A stretch of DNA of 64,000 nucleotides from an uncultured Lachnospiraceae bacterium (lineage in GTDB: Bacteria; Bacillota; Clostridia; Lachnospirales; Lachnospiraceae): contig CANRHU010000006.1 of assembly GCA_947630485.1 (NCBI GenBank), positions 528-64,527 on the forward strand, read 5' to 3'. Shown piece by piece: positions 34,709-43,507 of this stretch (position 1 is its first letter; each line of letters begins with the position of its first letter). The position numbers and the translations under genes are program-made. A model generated the notes under the pieces. It ran no database searches. It had not been told where the DNA came from and saw only the letters and a list, made by a program, of their open reading frames with translations.

Positions 34709-35446
34709 TCACTTTTGATCGCTTGCTTTCAATCTTCCCAAATGGAAATGCCCCAGTCCTTTTTCCTTCTTCTGCGCGTCCTTGCCGCCGCGCTTCTGCA
34801 TATCATTCTCGATCTCTTCCTTCCATTCCGCTCCCACAGAGGCACAGCTCGGCGCCATGCGCATCTGAGTCAGGGTCTCGCCTACCACCTTAAAGTTAAG
34901 CTGTACGCCTGCGCTGTCATTCTGATACGTCACTGCCCGGTCCGCGCCGATGCCGAACTTTCCGGCCTCCGCCACCGCGTCGATATTCGCCCCCAGGAAG
35001 AGGAAATCCCAGCCGCATTCCTTCTGCTGTTCGATCATTTCCTTTAAGCGGCTGTAAGAATATTCGCGGCTGGCGTTCTCCATGCCGTCCGTGGTGATCA
35101 CGAAAATCGTCTTCTCCGCCCGGTACTCTTCCGGCAGATTCGCCTGAACCTTCTTGATCTGGCTGATGGTTCTTCCCACCGCGTCCAGAAGCGCCGTGCA
35201 GCCCCGCACATAATATTCCTTCTCTGTCAGCGGCTTTACCGCTTCCATCGGGAACCGGTCGTGAATCATCTCGTACTGGTCGTCGAACAGCACTGTCGTC
35301 ACCTCAACCTGTCCTGCCGTTTCCTCCGCCTGTTTCTTCTGCCTCTCCAGCATACTGTTAAATCCGCCGATGGTGTCTCCCTCCAGCCCTCTCATGGAAC
35401 CGCTCCTATCCAGGATGAATACCAGCTCTGTAAGTCCTTTTTTCAT
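34709..35446 (-). CDS. cytoplasmic von Willebrand factor A (vWA) domain protein
   Basis: MIDAS motif DRSGSM near the N-terminus, with later T and D positions (GCTALLDAV, ITTDGMEN). No signal peptide. Lys-rich C-terminal tail. Confidence 0.8.
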   Translation of the reverse strand: MKKGLTELVFILDRSGSMRGLEGDTIGGFNSMLERQKKQAEETAGQVEVTTVLFDDQYEMIHDRFPMEAVKPLTEKEYYVRGCTALLDAVGRTISQIKKVQANLPEEYRAEKTIFVITTDGMENASREYSYSRLKEMIEQQKECGWDFLFLGANIDAVAEAGKFGIGADRAVTYQNDSAGVQLNFKVVGETLTQMRMAPSCASVGAEWKEEIENDMQKRGGKDAQKKEKGLGHFHLGRLKASDQK

Positions 35447-35587
35447 AATTAAAATCTCCTTTCATCTGTGTTGTTTCTTTGTTATGAACCAACTATAGCA
35501 GATAAAAGGAGACAAATGGTCGCATGGGAAGCGACATTTTTCAGCAATCGTATTTTACAATATAAGTTTGCCTGACATGACATAGCT

Positions 35588-36277
35588 CTAACCTTCACTC
35601 AGAAGCGGCTCGCCGTAATCCATCAGCACTTCATTGATCTCAAACAGATCATATCGCCGCGTTTCAAAGAAAAACGATACGATCACATCGAAACGGGAAC
35701 TGTTGGACAAGGCGTAACCGGCTTTAAGGAGCAGATCCCTCGTCTCGTCCATCGACAGCTCCAGGGCGACGGCAAAGGCCAGCACGGTTTTCTTCGTCGG
35801 CGTGTAATTGACGTCGTTGCGGATCTTGGAAAAAAGCCGCCTGTCAATATTCGCTTTGTGATAGACCTCGGAATCCTTAAGTCCCCGCTCGTCGATCAGC
35901 CGCAGAAGCATCTGTGAAAAGGTCTCGTCCATCTGCTTTAGGAGATCTTCCAGCTTGCGGGAGGATGCCTGCGCCGGGGCGGCCGGCATCGCGGCCGCGT
36001 TTAACATTACCCCTCCGGGCTTTGCGGCCTTCTTCGGAGAAGCCGCAGCATGGAAGACATTCTTCTGCGCCGGTGCAGCGCCGTCCCGCAGCGCTTTCTC
36101 GGGCGGTATCGGCATCTGATAAGCGGCAAAATCATCCGCACGGCCGATGCCATCCTCTTCCTTATAGCTTCCGTCCGCCTCCTCATAATTTCTGCGGACG
36201 TACTCCTGCACGGCCTGAAGCAGTTCGCGGCTTACCCCTGTATTTTTCTGATTTTTCTTCTGCCTTTTCAAAAACAT
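35588..36277 (-). CDS. hypothetical protein with a basic N-terminus, an Ala/Pro-rich linker and a C-terminal XRE-like HTH module
   Basis: ATG 36277 (GTGAGGA RBS) or GTG 36289, which abuts the Fic stop. The C-terminal segment (ERGLKDSEVYHKANIDRRLFSKIRND...KKTVLAFAVALELSMDETRDLLLKAGYAL) looks like a Cro/C1-type HTH. Confidence 0.5.
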   Translation of the reverse strand: MFLKRQKKNQKNTGVSRELLQAVQEYVRRNYEEADGSYKEEDGIGRADDFAAYQMPIPPEKALRDGAAPAQKNVFHAAASPKKAAKPGGVMLNAAAMPAAPAQASSRKLEDLLKQMDETFSQMLLRLIDERGLKDSEVYHKANIDRRLFSKIRNDVNYTPTKKTVLAFAVALELSMDETRDLLLKAGYALSNSSRFDVIVSFFFETRRYDLFEINEVLMDYGEPLLSEG

Positions 36278-36289
36278 GATTTTCCTCAC

Positions 36290-37060
36290 CTATCGGCCCT
36301 TTTTCTTCTCAGCGCGTCTGAGCTGCTTTTCCCACGTTTTTACCGCCTGTTCCCGCAAGAAGTTGATAAGCGGATCCAGTTGCTGCCGCTCATCCCACGC
36401 TTCCAGGGCCTCATAATAAATTTTACGGTCTTCCTCATGAATGATAATGGGCGGATGACCACGCAAAAGCAGGTAATAATTCATCAGAAGGCGGCCTGCT
36501 CTGCCGTTCCCGTCGGCGAACGGATGAATATTTTCAAATTTCGCATGAAAATAGGCGGCGGCTGTCAGGAGCTTTTCCCGCGGAATATCTTCTGTCAGTT
36601 CCGCCAGCAGTTCATCCATTTCTTCCTTCACATCTTCCGGAGCGGCTCCGATCTCATTTTTCCCTGTCACATTCACATAGTCACGCAGTTTATACGCCCC
36701 CGGCCTTTCTCCTAATTGCCAGCGACGGGTATCATACGTATTCTTTGTCAGGCATTGCTGAAACTCCTTAACCAGCGTCTCATCGATACCGCGCTTCTCA
36801 TCAAAAGCAGTCAGCAAAAGGTCATTGGCGTCTCTCGCGTTGCGTATCTCAAACAATGTCCGCAGATCCCCGGTATACGAAGTCACGCCGTCATGCTCGA
36901 AAATTTCCCGCGTGTCATTGTACGTGATATTATCATTCTCGATCCTGCCGGAATGATAGGCGAAGGCTATGCTGTGTCCATTCAGCGCTTCCGCCAGTTC
37001 CGCATCGGATGAGATATTCCTCTTTTGCCATAAATCAAGAACCTTCTCATAGTCAGTCAT
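36290..37060 (-). CDS. Fic/Fido-domain protein (AMPylase-type motif intact)
   Basis: Trimmed to MTDYEKVL. Active-site motif HPFADGNGRAGR. N-terminal inhibitory-helix-like motif SGRIEN, matching (S/T)xxxE(G/N). Confidence 0.9.
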   Translation of the reverse strand: MTDYEKVLDLWQKRNISSDAELAEALNGHSIAFAYHSGRIENDNITYNDTREIFEHDGVTSYTGDLRTLFEIRNARDANDLLLTAFDEKRGIDETLVKEFQQCLTKNTYDTRRWQLGERPGAYKLRDYVNVTGKNEIGAAPEDVKEEMDELLAELTEDIPREKLLTAAAYFHAKFENIHPFADGNGRAGRLLMNYYLLLRGHPPIIIHEEDRKIYYEALEAWDERQQLDPLINFLREQAVKTWEKQLRRAEKKKGR

Positions 37061-37105
37061 AGCATTCCCCCGTGCGAATTTCAAAATTTGTTTGCAGCCC
37101 CGGCA

Positions 37106-39148
37106 TTATACAATCCGCTTGAATTTCTTCTCCAGCTCATACTTGCTCATGGAAATGATCGTGGGCCTTCCATGGGGACAGGCGTAGGGATTGTCGAGCG
37201 TCAGCAGCTCGTCGATCAGATGGTCCGCCTCCGCGGGCGATAAGCGGTGGTTACCCTTTACCGCCGCTTTGCAGGACATGGTCGCCACCCGGTCATAGAC
37301 GGACTCCACGCCGCTTTTCAGGATATCGTCGGAGAGATCGTCCAGCATCTCCATCAGCAGGTCTTTCTGGGCGATGGAGAACAGGTTGTCCGGCACGGCC
37401 CGGACTGCGTACTCCTTGCCGCCGAAGGGCTCAATCTCAAATCCGATCTCCGTGAAATATTTCATATATTTGTTAAGCAGAATCTGTTCCTCGCTGCTCA
37501 GGGTCAGAATGATCGGCGGATTCACCATCTGGGAGGTGTATTCCCGGCTCCGAAGCGTCTTCATCGTCCGCTCGTAAAGCACCTTCTCATGGGCCGCGTG
37601 CTGGTCGATGATATAGAGATGATCGTCAAATTCCACCAGCCAGTAGGTGTCGAACAGCTGTCCGATCAGCTTGTGGCGAAGGCGGCTCTGCGGCGTCAGG
37701 AGCTTTTCCTCGAAAAGGTCCAGCTGCTTCGGCTTCTCATCCGCGGCGGCATCCGGTTTTCCGGCAATCTGCGCCAGACTGACCGGCGTGGAAGACTGCC
37801 TCCCATCCGCGGCGGCAGCACTCGATTCCGAACCCCGCTGCCCGGCCATCCGCTCCTGCCAGGCCTTCCGCGCCTCCGCGCTGTCGTATTCCATCTGCTT
37901 TTCGGCGACGCTCTGATAGACTGTGCGATTGTCGGATTCCCCGGAGAGAGCGGCATTCCCGCTCTGTCTTTTTGCCTCAAGGCTTCCCCGCCGCTTCACT
38001 TCAAACGGCTCCGGCCGCGGCTCCAGAAGCCTCTCCACTTTCGCCCTCTCCGCCTTTGCCATATCCGACTTCTCCGTATCCGCCTTTCCCTGCGGAGAAC
38101 CCGTTTCCGTCTTCTTTTCCTGCGCGCCGGTCTGCTCAAGCGCCACCTGCGGGATCAGCTCCTTGTGGGCCAGCGCGTCGCTGACCGCCCGGAAGATCAT
38201 CTGATAGATCCGCTCCTCGTCCCGGAAACGCAGCTCCATCTTCGTCGGGTGCACGTTCACGTCCAGGTACTCCGGTTCAATCCGGATATGCAGAAGCACG
38301 AACGGGTATTTATGCTGCATCATAAAAGGCCGGTACGCCTCCTCGATGGCCTTCGCCACGACGGCGCTTTTCACATACCGTCCGTTGATATAATAATTTT
38401 CAAAATTCCGGTTGCTCCTGGCAATCACCGGCTTCCCGGCATATCCTTTCACCTGCAGAATCTCCTGCTCCAATTCCACCGCCAGGAGATTCGCCGCGAT
38501 ATCGCGCCCGAACACCGTGTAAATGATATCTTTCAGATTATGGTTGCCCGACGTATGGAGCTTATTCTGGTTATTCTGGATGAAGCGTATCGAGATGTCC
38601 GGGTGCGACATGGCGATCTTCTCCACCAGCGCCGCCACATGGGCGCCCTCCGTCTGCGCCGTCTTAAGGAATTTCTGGCGGGCCGGCGTATTGTAGAACA
38701 GGTTTCTCACGAGAAACGTAGTCCCGTCCGGAGCGCCGATCTCCTCCATCTGCCGCTCCCTGCCGCCCTCGATTACATACCGCACGCCGCTTATCTGTTC
38801 CGCCGTCTTCGTAATCAGTTCCACCTGCGATACCGCCGCGATACTGGAAAGCGCCTCGCCGCGGAACCCCAGCGACGCCACCACGAACAGATCGTCCGCC
38901 GATTTGATCTTGCTGGTCGAATGGCGCAGAAACGCCAGCGGCACCTCGTCCTTCGGAATTCCGCATCCATTGTCCGTCACCCGGATAAAGGAGATTCCGC
39001 CGTCACGGATCTCCACCGTCACGGCTGTCGCCTTCGCGTCGATCGCGTTCTCCAGCAGCTCCTTCACGACCGAGGCCGGTCTCTCGATCACTTCCCCCGC
39101 CGCGATCTTGTCGATCGTACTCTGATCCAGCACCGTAATATGCGGCAT
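37106..39148 (-). CDS. mutL: DNA mismatch repair protein MutL
   Basis: ORF trimmed to MPHITVLDQSTIDKIAAGEVIERPASVVKELLENAIDA (GGAGGA RBS). GHKL ATPase blocks and the C-terminal endonuclease region are present. Confidence 0.95.
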   Translation of the reverse strand: MPHITVLDQSTIDKIAAGEVIERPASVVKELLENAIDAKATAVTVEIRDGGISFIRVTDNGCGIPKDEVPLAFLRHSTSKIKSADDLFVVASLGFRGEALSSIAAVSQVELITKTAEQISGVRYVIEGGRERQMEEIGAPDGTTFLVRNLFYNTPARQKFLKTAQTEGAHVAALVEKIAMSHPDISIRFIQNNQNKLHTSGNHNLKDIIYTVFGRDIAANLLAVELEQEILQVKGYAGKPVIARSNRNFENYYINGRYVKSAVVAKAIEEAYRPFMMQHKYPFVLLHIRIEPEYLDVNVHPTKMELRFRDEERIYQMIFRAVSDALAHKELIPQVALEQTGAQEKKTETGSPQGKADTEKSDMAKAERAKVERLLEPRPEPFEVKRRGSLEAKRQSGNAALSGESDNRTVYQSVAEKQMEYDSAEARKAWQERMAGQRGSESSAAAADGRQSSTPVSLAQIAGKPDAAADEKPKQLDLFEEKLLTPQSRLRHKLIGQLFDTYWLVEFDDHLYIIDQHAAHEKVLYERTMKTLRSREYTSQMVNPPIILTLSSEEQILLNKYMKYFTEIGFEIEPFGGKEYAVRAVPDNLFSIAQKDLLMEMLDDLSDDILKSGVESVYDRVATMSCKAAVKGNHRLSPAEADHLIDELLTLDNPYACPHGRPTIISMSKYELEKKFKRIV

Positions 39149-39164
39149 ACCGATTTCCTCCATT

Positions 39165-39221
39165 CCGTTTCGTCTTCTTATGGCTGTCCGTTTCGTCTTC
39201 TTATGGCTGTCCGTTTCGTCT
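39165..39221. repeat. perfect tandem repeat, 23-nt unit x 2.5 (ccgtttcgtcttcttatggctgt)
   Basis: Read directly from the sequence: units at 39165-39187 and 39188-39210, plus a partial unit at 39211-39221. It lies between the predicted mutL promoter and the mutL RBS. Confidence 0.9.
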
Positions 39222-39247
39222 GACTGACGGCTGATTGACACATCTCT

Positions 39248-39276
39248 ATTATACCGTAAGCGGGAAGCAGAATCAA
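39248..39276 (-). promoter_or_regulatory. sigma-A-type promoter for mutL (TTGATT-17 nt-TATAAT)
   Basis: Minus-strand reading: TTGATT, ctgcttcccgcttacgg (17 nt), TATAAT. It lies about 95 nt upstream of the mutL ATG. Confidence 0.6.
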
Positions 39277-39293
39277 TAATGATTCCGGCTGAC

Positions 39294-39332
39294 TTTACAT
39301 CCATTTTACATCAGCATGATAACGGATTTGAT
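39294..39332 (+). promoter_or_regulatory. candidate Pho box: four hexamers at 11-bp phasing (TTTACA, TTTACA, ATGATA, TTTGAT)
   Basis: Hexamers start at 39294, 39305, 39316 and 39327, upstream of pstS. A possible -10 (TAACAT) is at 39343-39348. Confidence 0.5.
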
Positions 39333-39396
39333 TTTCGAGGGCTAACATGGGATCGTACCCAAAAGGGAATTTAAAACAGCAAAGGAGAATTTCGAA

Positions 39397-40206
39397 ATGA
39401 AGAAAATCATACCACTCATTCTTACCGCCCTCTTAACAGGCTCAGCGCTCGCGGGCTGCGCGGCGCAGCAAAAGGGCGGAACCGTTTCCACGGACGGCTC
39501 CACCTCCATGGAGGAAGTGATCGGCGTTCTGGGAGAAGCTTTTCAGGAAAAATATGACGGCGTGACCTTTACCTACAATCCCACCGGCTCCGGTTCCGGG
39601 ATTCAGGCCGTGCAGGAAGGCCGCTGCGACATCGGCCTTTCCAGCCGCAGTCTGAAGGAGGAGGAAATGGCGGGCGGTCTTACGCAAACCGTTCTCGCCT
39701 ATGACGGAATCGCCGTAATTGTGAATCCGCAGAACGGAATCGAAAATCTCGACGTGGATACGATCGCGAAAATCTATACCGGAGAGATCACGAACTGGTC
39801 GGAACTCGGCGGAAATGACGCGCAGATCGTCGTGATCGGCCGCGAAGCCGGCAGCGGGACAAGAGACGGCTTCGAATCCATTACCGGTACGGAGGACGCC
39901 TGCAAATACCGTCAGGAGCTCACCTCCACCGGCGACGTGATCACGACGGTTTCCCAGAATCCGGACGCAATCGGCTATGCCTCTCTCGCCGCCGTCAGCG
40001 ACCAGGTAAAGGCTCTCTCCGTAGGCGGCGTCGCTCCGGACGAAGCGACCGTCAAGGACGGCAGCTACGTCATTCAGCGTCCGTTTGTGCTGGTGACAAA
40101 GAATGACACAAAGCTTTCCGATACGGCGCAGAAATTCTTCGACTTCGCGCTTTCCGACGAAGCGGCCCCTCTCATTTCACAGGCGGGCGCGGTGCCTGTA
40201 AAATAG
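39397..40206 (+). CDS. pstS: phosphate ABC transporter substrate-binding lipoprotein
   Basis: Lipobox LAGC. PBP-like blocks (DGSTSME, YNPTGSGSGI, GREAGSGTRDGF). Confidence 0.9.
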   Translation: MKKIIPLILTALLTGSALAGCAAQQKGGTVSTDGSTSMEEVIGVLGEAFQEKYDGVTFTYNPTGSGSGIQAVQEGRCDIGLSSRSLKEEEMAGGLTQTVLAYDGIAVIVNPQNGIENLDVDTIAKIYTGEITNWSELGGNDAQIVVIGREAGSGTRDGFESITGTEDACKYRQELTSTGDVITTVSQNPDAIGYASLAAVSDQVKALSVGGVAPDEATVKDGSYVIQRPFVLVTKNDTKLSDTAQKFFDFALSDEAAPLISQAGAVPVK

Positions 40207-40266
40207 GGAGTATCAGCCGGAGGCCGGTTATCGCCGCCGGCTTCTCCCGAAACAAGGAGAACAAAA

Positions 40267-41133
40267 ATGAATAGACAAAAAGCGTTTGAGAATATCATTC
40301 ACGGTATCTTTCTGATCCTCGGTCTGATCACGGTCGGATGCGTGCTGCTGATCACGCTCTATCTGGTTCTTGCCGGGATTCCGGCGATCCGCAGGATCGG
40401 GCTTAAGGATTTTCTGTTTAACGCCAAATGGGCGTCTACCGCCAAAGAGCCGTCCTATGGGATCCTGCCCTTTATCCTGACCAGCGTCTACGGCACGGCA
40501 GGCGCGATCCTGATCGGCGTACCCGTTGGATTTCTGACCTCGGTCTATCTGGCCAAGATGGCTCCGGCGAAAATCCGGATGGTCGTGTCCGGTGCCGTCA
40601 GTCTCCTGGCGGGTATTCCGTCCGTCGTCTATGGCCTTGTGGGAATGATGGTTCTGGTTCCCGGCATCCGAACGCTGTTCCGCATACCGGACGGCGCAAG
40701 TCTCCTGGCTGCGATGATTGTGCTGGCAATCATGATTCTGCCCTCGATCATCAACGTATCGATCACGGCTTTGGAGGCCGTGCCGAAGGAATACGAGGAC
40801 GCCTCTCTCGCCCTGGGAGCGACGCCGGTTGAAACCTGGTTTAAGGTGTCGGTTCCCGCGGCCAGAAGCGGAATTGCCGCAGCGGTAGTGTTGGGCGTCG
40901 GCCGGGCAATCGGAGAAGCGATGGCGGTCATGATGGTATCGGGCAACGCGCCGAATCTGCCGGAGCTTTTCGGGAGCATCCGCTTCCTGACAACGGCGGT
41001 TGCAAGCGAAATGTCCTACTCCAGCGGGCTGCAGAGGCAGGCGCTGTTCTCGATTGCCCTTGTGCTTTTCCTGTTCATTATGCTTATCAACGCGGCGCTC
41101 AATTTCTTTTTAAAGCGCGGTAAGGAGGAATGA
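40267..41133 (+). CDS. pstC: phosphate ABC transporter permease PstC
   Basis: Six TM segments with an EAA-type loop (EDASLALGATPVETWFKVSVPAA). Position after pstS. Confidence 0.9.
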   Translation: MNRQKAFENIIHGIFLILGLITVGCVLLITLYLVLAGIPAIRRIGLKDFLFNAKWASTAKEPSYGILPFILTSVYGTAGAILIGVPVGFLTSVYLAKMAPAKIRMVVSGAVSLLAGIPSVVYGLVGMMVLVPGIRTLFRIPDGASLLAAMIVLAIMILPSIINVSITALEAVPKEYEDASLALGATPVETWFKVSVPAARSGIAAAVVLGVGRAIGEAMAVMMVSGNAPNLPELFGSIRFLTTAVASEMSYSSGLQRQALFSIALVLFLFIMLINAALNFFLKRGKEE

Positions 41134-41999
41134 AAACAGTGACCGGTCAAATTGCCACGCAACGAAAAATCAGGATTATCCTGCTTCGGGTTCTCTGCGG
41201 AATTTCCGCGGCGCTTACCTGCGGGCTGGTTCTGTTCCTTTTGGTCTATGTATTTGTCAAAGGAATTCCGAATATTTCCTGGAAACTGCTGTCCACAAAG
41301 CCGAGCTATCTGTCCGGGGAAATCGGCATCCTGCCGGATATTCTGAACACGCTTTATATTATCGCCGCGGCCCTGGCATTCGTCCTGCCTCTCGGCGTGG
41401 GAGCGGCGGTTTACCTCACGGAATACGCGAAGAACAAGCGGATCGTCGCTCTGATCGAATACGCAGCCGAAACGCTTTCCGGAATTCCGTCCATCATTTA
41501 CGGCTTAGTTGGCATGCTCTTCTTCTGCCAGTTTCTGAATATGCAGACCTCGCTTCTGGCCGGAGCGCTGACGCTCGTCATCATGAACCTGCCGACTGTC
41601 ATGCGCACCACGCAGGAAAGCCTGAAAACGGTGCCGCAGTCCTACCGCGAGGGGGCCTTCGGCCTTGGAGCCGGTAAATGGCGCGTGATCCGCACAGTCG
41701 TTTTGCCCGGCTGCATAGACGGCGTCATCACAGGCTGTATCCTGTCTGTTGGACGCATCCTGGGGGAATCGGCGGCTCTGCTGTTTACGGCGGGATTTGC
41801 CCACGCGTTAAACGGTTTTTTTGACGGACTCGGAAGCGCCGGAGCGACGCTGACCGTCGCTCTTTATGTTTACGCCAAGGAACAGGGCGAGTTTGGCGTG
41901 GCCTTCGCGATCGCGGCGATCCTGATGATCCTCACACTTGTCATCAATCTGCTCGCCATGTTTGCGGGACGCGCGCTGAAAAGGAGGCAGAATTTATGA
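41130..41999 (+). CDS. pstA: phosphate ABC transporter permease PstA
   Basis: Six TM segments with the loop [22 protein letters not shown]. It overlaps pstC by 4 nt. Confidence 0.9.
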   Translation: MKTVTGQIATQRKIRIILLRVLCGISAALTCGLVLFLLVYVFVKGIPNISWKLLSTKPSYLSGEIGILPDILNTLYIIAAALAFVLPLGVGAAVYLTEYAKNKRIVALIEYAAETLSGIPSIIYGLVGMLFFCQFLNMQTSLLAGALTLVIMNLPTVMRTTQESLKTVPQSYREGAFGLGAGKWRVIRTVVLPGCIDGVITGCILSVGRILGESAALLFTAGFAHALNGFFDGLGSAGATLTVALYVYAKEQGEFGVAFAIAAILMILTLVINLLAMFAGRALKRRQNL

Positions 42000-42751
42000 A
42001 AGATATGATTACCGTTCGGGATCTGAATCTCTGGTACGGCAGCGTCCAGGCGCTCCACCATGTCAATCTGAATATCCCGGAAAAGGCGATCACGGCGCTC
42101 ATCGGGCCGTCCGGCTGCGGAAAGTCCACATTCTTAAAAACGCTGGACCGGATGAACGACCTGATCCCCGGCGTTAAAATCACGGGCGAAGTCTGTTACA
42201 AGGGAAACGATATCTTCGCGCCCGGCGTCGATGTCAATACCTTGCGAAAGGAAATCGGTATGGTCTTCCAGAAGCCCAACCCCTTCCCGATGTCGGTCTA
42301 TGACAACATCGCTTACGGCCCGCGCACTCACGGAATCCGCGCAAAGGCAAAGCTCGACGATATCGTGGAGCGGTCCCTCAGGGACGCGGCGATCTGGGAC
42401 GAAGTAAAGGACAGGCTGAAAAAGAACGCGCTGGGGCTCTCCGGAGGACAGCAGCAAAGGCTTTGTATCGCCCGCGCCCTGGCCGTGGAGCCGGAGGTTC
42501 TTCTGATGGATGAGCCGACTTCGGCGCTCGACCCGATTTCCACCTCAAAAATCGAGGAGCTTGCGATGACGCTGAAAGAAACATACACGATCATCATCGT
42601 CACCCACAACATGCAGCAGGCGGTTCGGATTTCGGACCGGACCGCGTTTTTTCTTCTGGGGGAGCTTGTAGAATACGGGGATACGGAAAAAATGTTTTCA
42701 AGTCCCACGGATAAGCGCACGGAGGATTACATCACGGGGAGGTTTGGATAA
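41996..42751 (+). CDS. pstB: phosphate ABC transporter ATP-binding protein
   Basis: Walker [10 protein letters not shown], signature LSGGQQQRL, Walker [12 protein letters not shown]. Confidence 0.95.
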   Translation: MKDMITVRDLNLWYGSVQALHHVNLNIPEKAITALIGPSGCGKSTFLKTLDRMNDLIPGVKITGEVCYKGNDIFAPGVDVNTLRKEIGMVFQKPNPFPMSVYDNIAYGPRTHGIRAKAKLDDIVERSLRDAAIWDEVKDRLKKNALGLSGGQQQRLCIARALAVEPEVLLMDEPTSALDPISTSKIEELAMTLKETYTIIIVTHNMQQAVRISDRTAFFLLGELVEYGDTEKMFSSPTDKRTEDYITGRFG

Positions 42752-43410
42752 TGAGGACACGGTTTGACGAACAGCTTAACACGCTGGGGCAGGAACTGAT
42801 CAGGATGGGGGCACTGTGCGAAGAAGTGATTTCCCTTGCGGCCTCCGCCCTCATTCAGAAGGACGACGCGCCGGCTGCAAAAATTGCGCCGCTTGCCCAC
42901 AAGATCGACGAAAAGGAGCGGCAGATCGAAGCGATGTGCCTGCGGCTCTTTCTGCAGCAGCAGCCGGTGGCGCGGGACCTGCGGCAGATATCCGCCGCGC
43001 TGAAAATGGTAACGGATATGGAGCGGATCGGGGATCAGGCGGAGGACATCGCGGAAATCCTGCCCTTCCTGAACGGCCGGACGCTTCCCGAACATATCCG
43101 GATCCGTGAAATGGCAAAAGAAACCTCGAAAATGGTAACGGACAGTGTGGATGCCTATGTGAAGCAGGATACCTCCGTCGCCGCGGCGGTCATTGCTTCC
43201 GACGACATTGTGGACGATTATTTTGTCGGGATCAAAAGCAGCCTGATTTCCCTGATCGCGCAGAATCCCACCGAGGGAGAATACGCCCTCGATCTTTTGA
43301 TGGCGGCGAAATATTTTGAGCGAATCGGCGATCACGCGGCGAACATTGCCGGATGGGTGCTGTTTTCCGTCACCGGGGAGAAGGCTTCCGCTGCCGGAGA
43401 AAAAGCCTAA
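42751..43410 (+). CDS. phoU: phosphate signalling accessory protein PhoU
   Basis: Two PhoU repeats (DLRQISAALKMVTDMERIGDQAEDI and LDLLMAAKYFERIGDHAANIA). Confidence 0.9.
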   Translation: MRTRFDEQLNTLGQELIRMGALCEEVISLAASALIQKDDAPAAKIAPLAHKIDEKERQIEAMCLRLFLQQQPVARDLRQISAALKMVTDMERIGDQAEDIAEILPFLNGRTLPEHIRIREMAKETSKMVTDSVDAYVKQDTSVAAAVIASDDIVDDYFVGIKSSLISLIAQNPTEGEYALDLLMAAKYFERIGDHAANIAGWVLFSVTGEKASAAGEKA

Positions 43411-43507
43411 GATTGAAAAGAACACGAAAAAATGATATGCTGTTATGGGTGTTGAGAGGCGGTCCCTCACCGGTCTGCTTCCCATCCCCGGAAAGGACGT
43501 GAATCTC

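Noticed and set aside
39165-39221. The tandem repeats here, and those at 13521-13602, 24200-24262 and 56393-56426, considered as CRISPR arrays.
   Set aside because: The units are contiguous or separated by at most 19 nt of non-unique spacer. There are at most 2-4 copies, and no cas genes are present in the window.
37247-39223. A 658-aa ORF on the plus strand, antisense to almost all of mutL.
   Set aside because: The translation is Arg/Leu/His/Pro-rich with no recognisable motif and no RBS. It mirrors the frame of a well-supported gene. This is the typical stop-poor shadow frame of GC-rich coding DNA.
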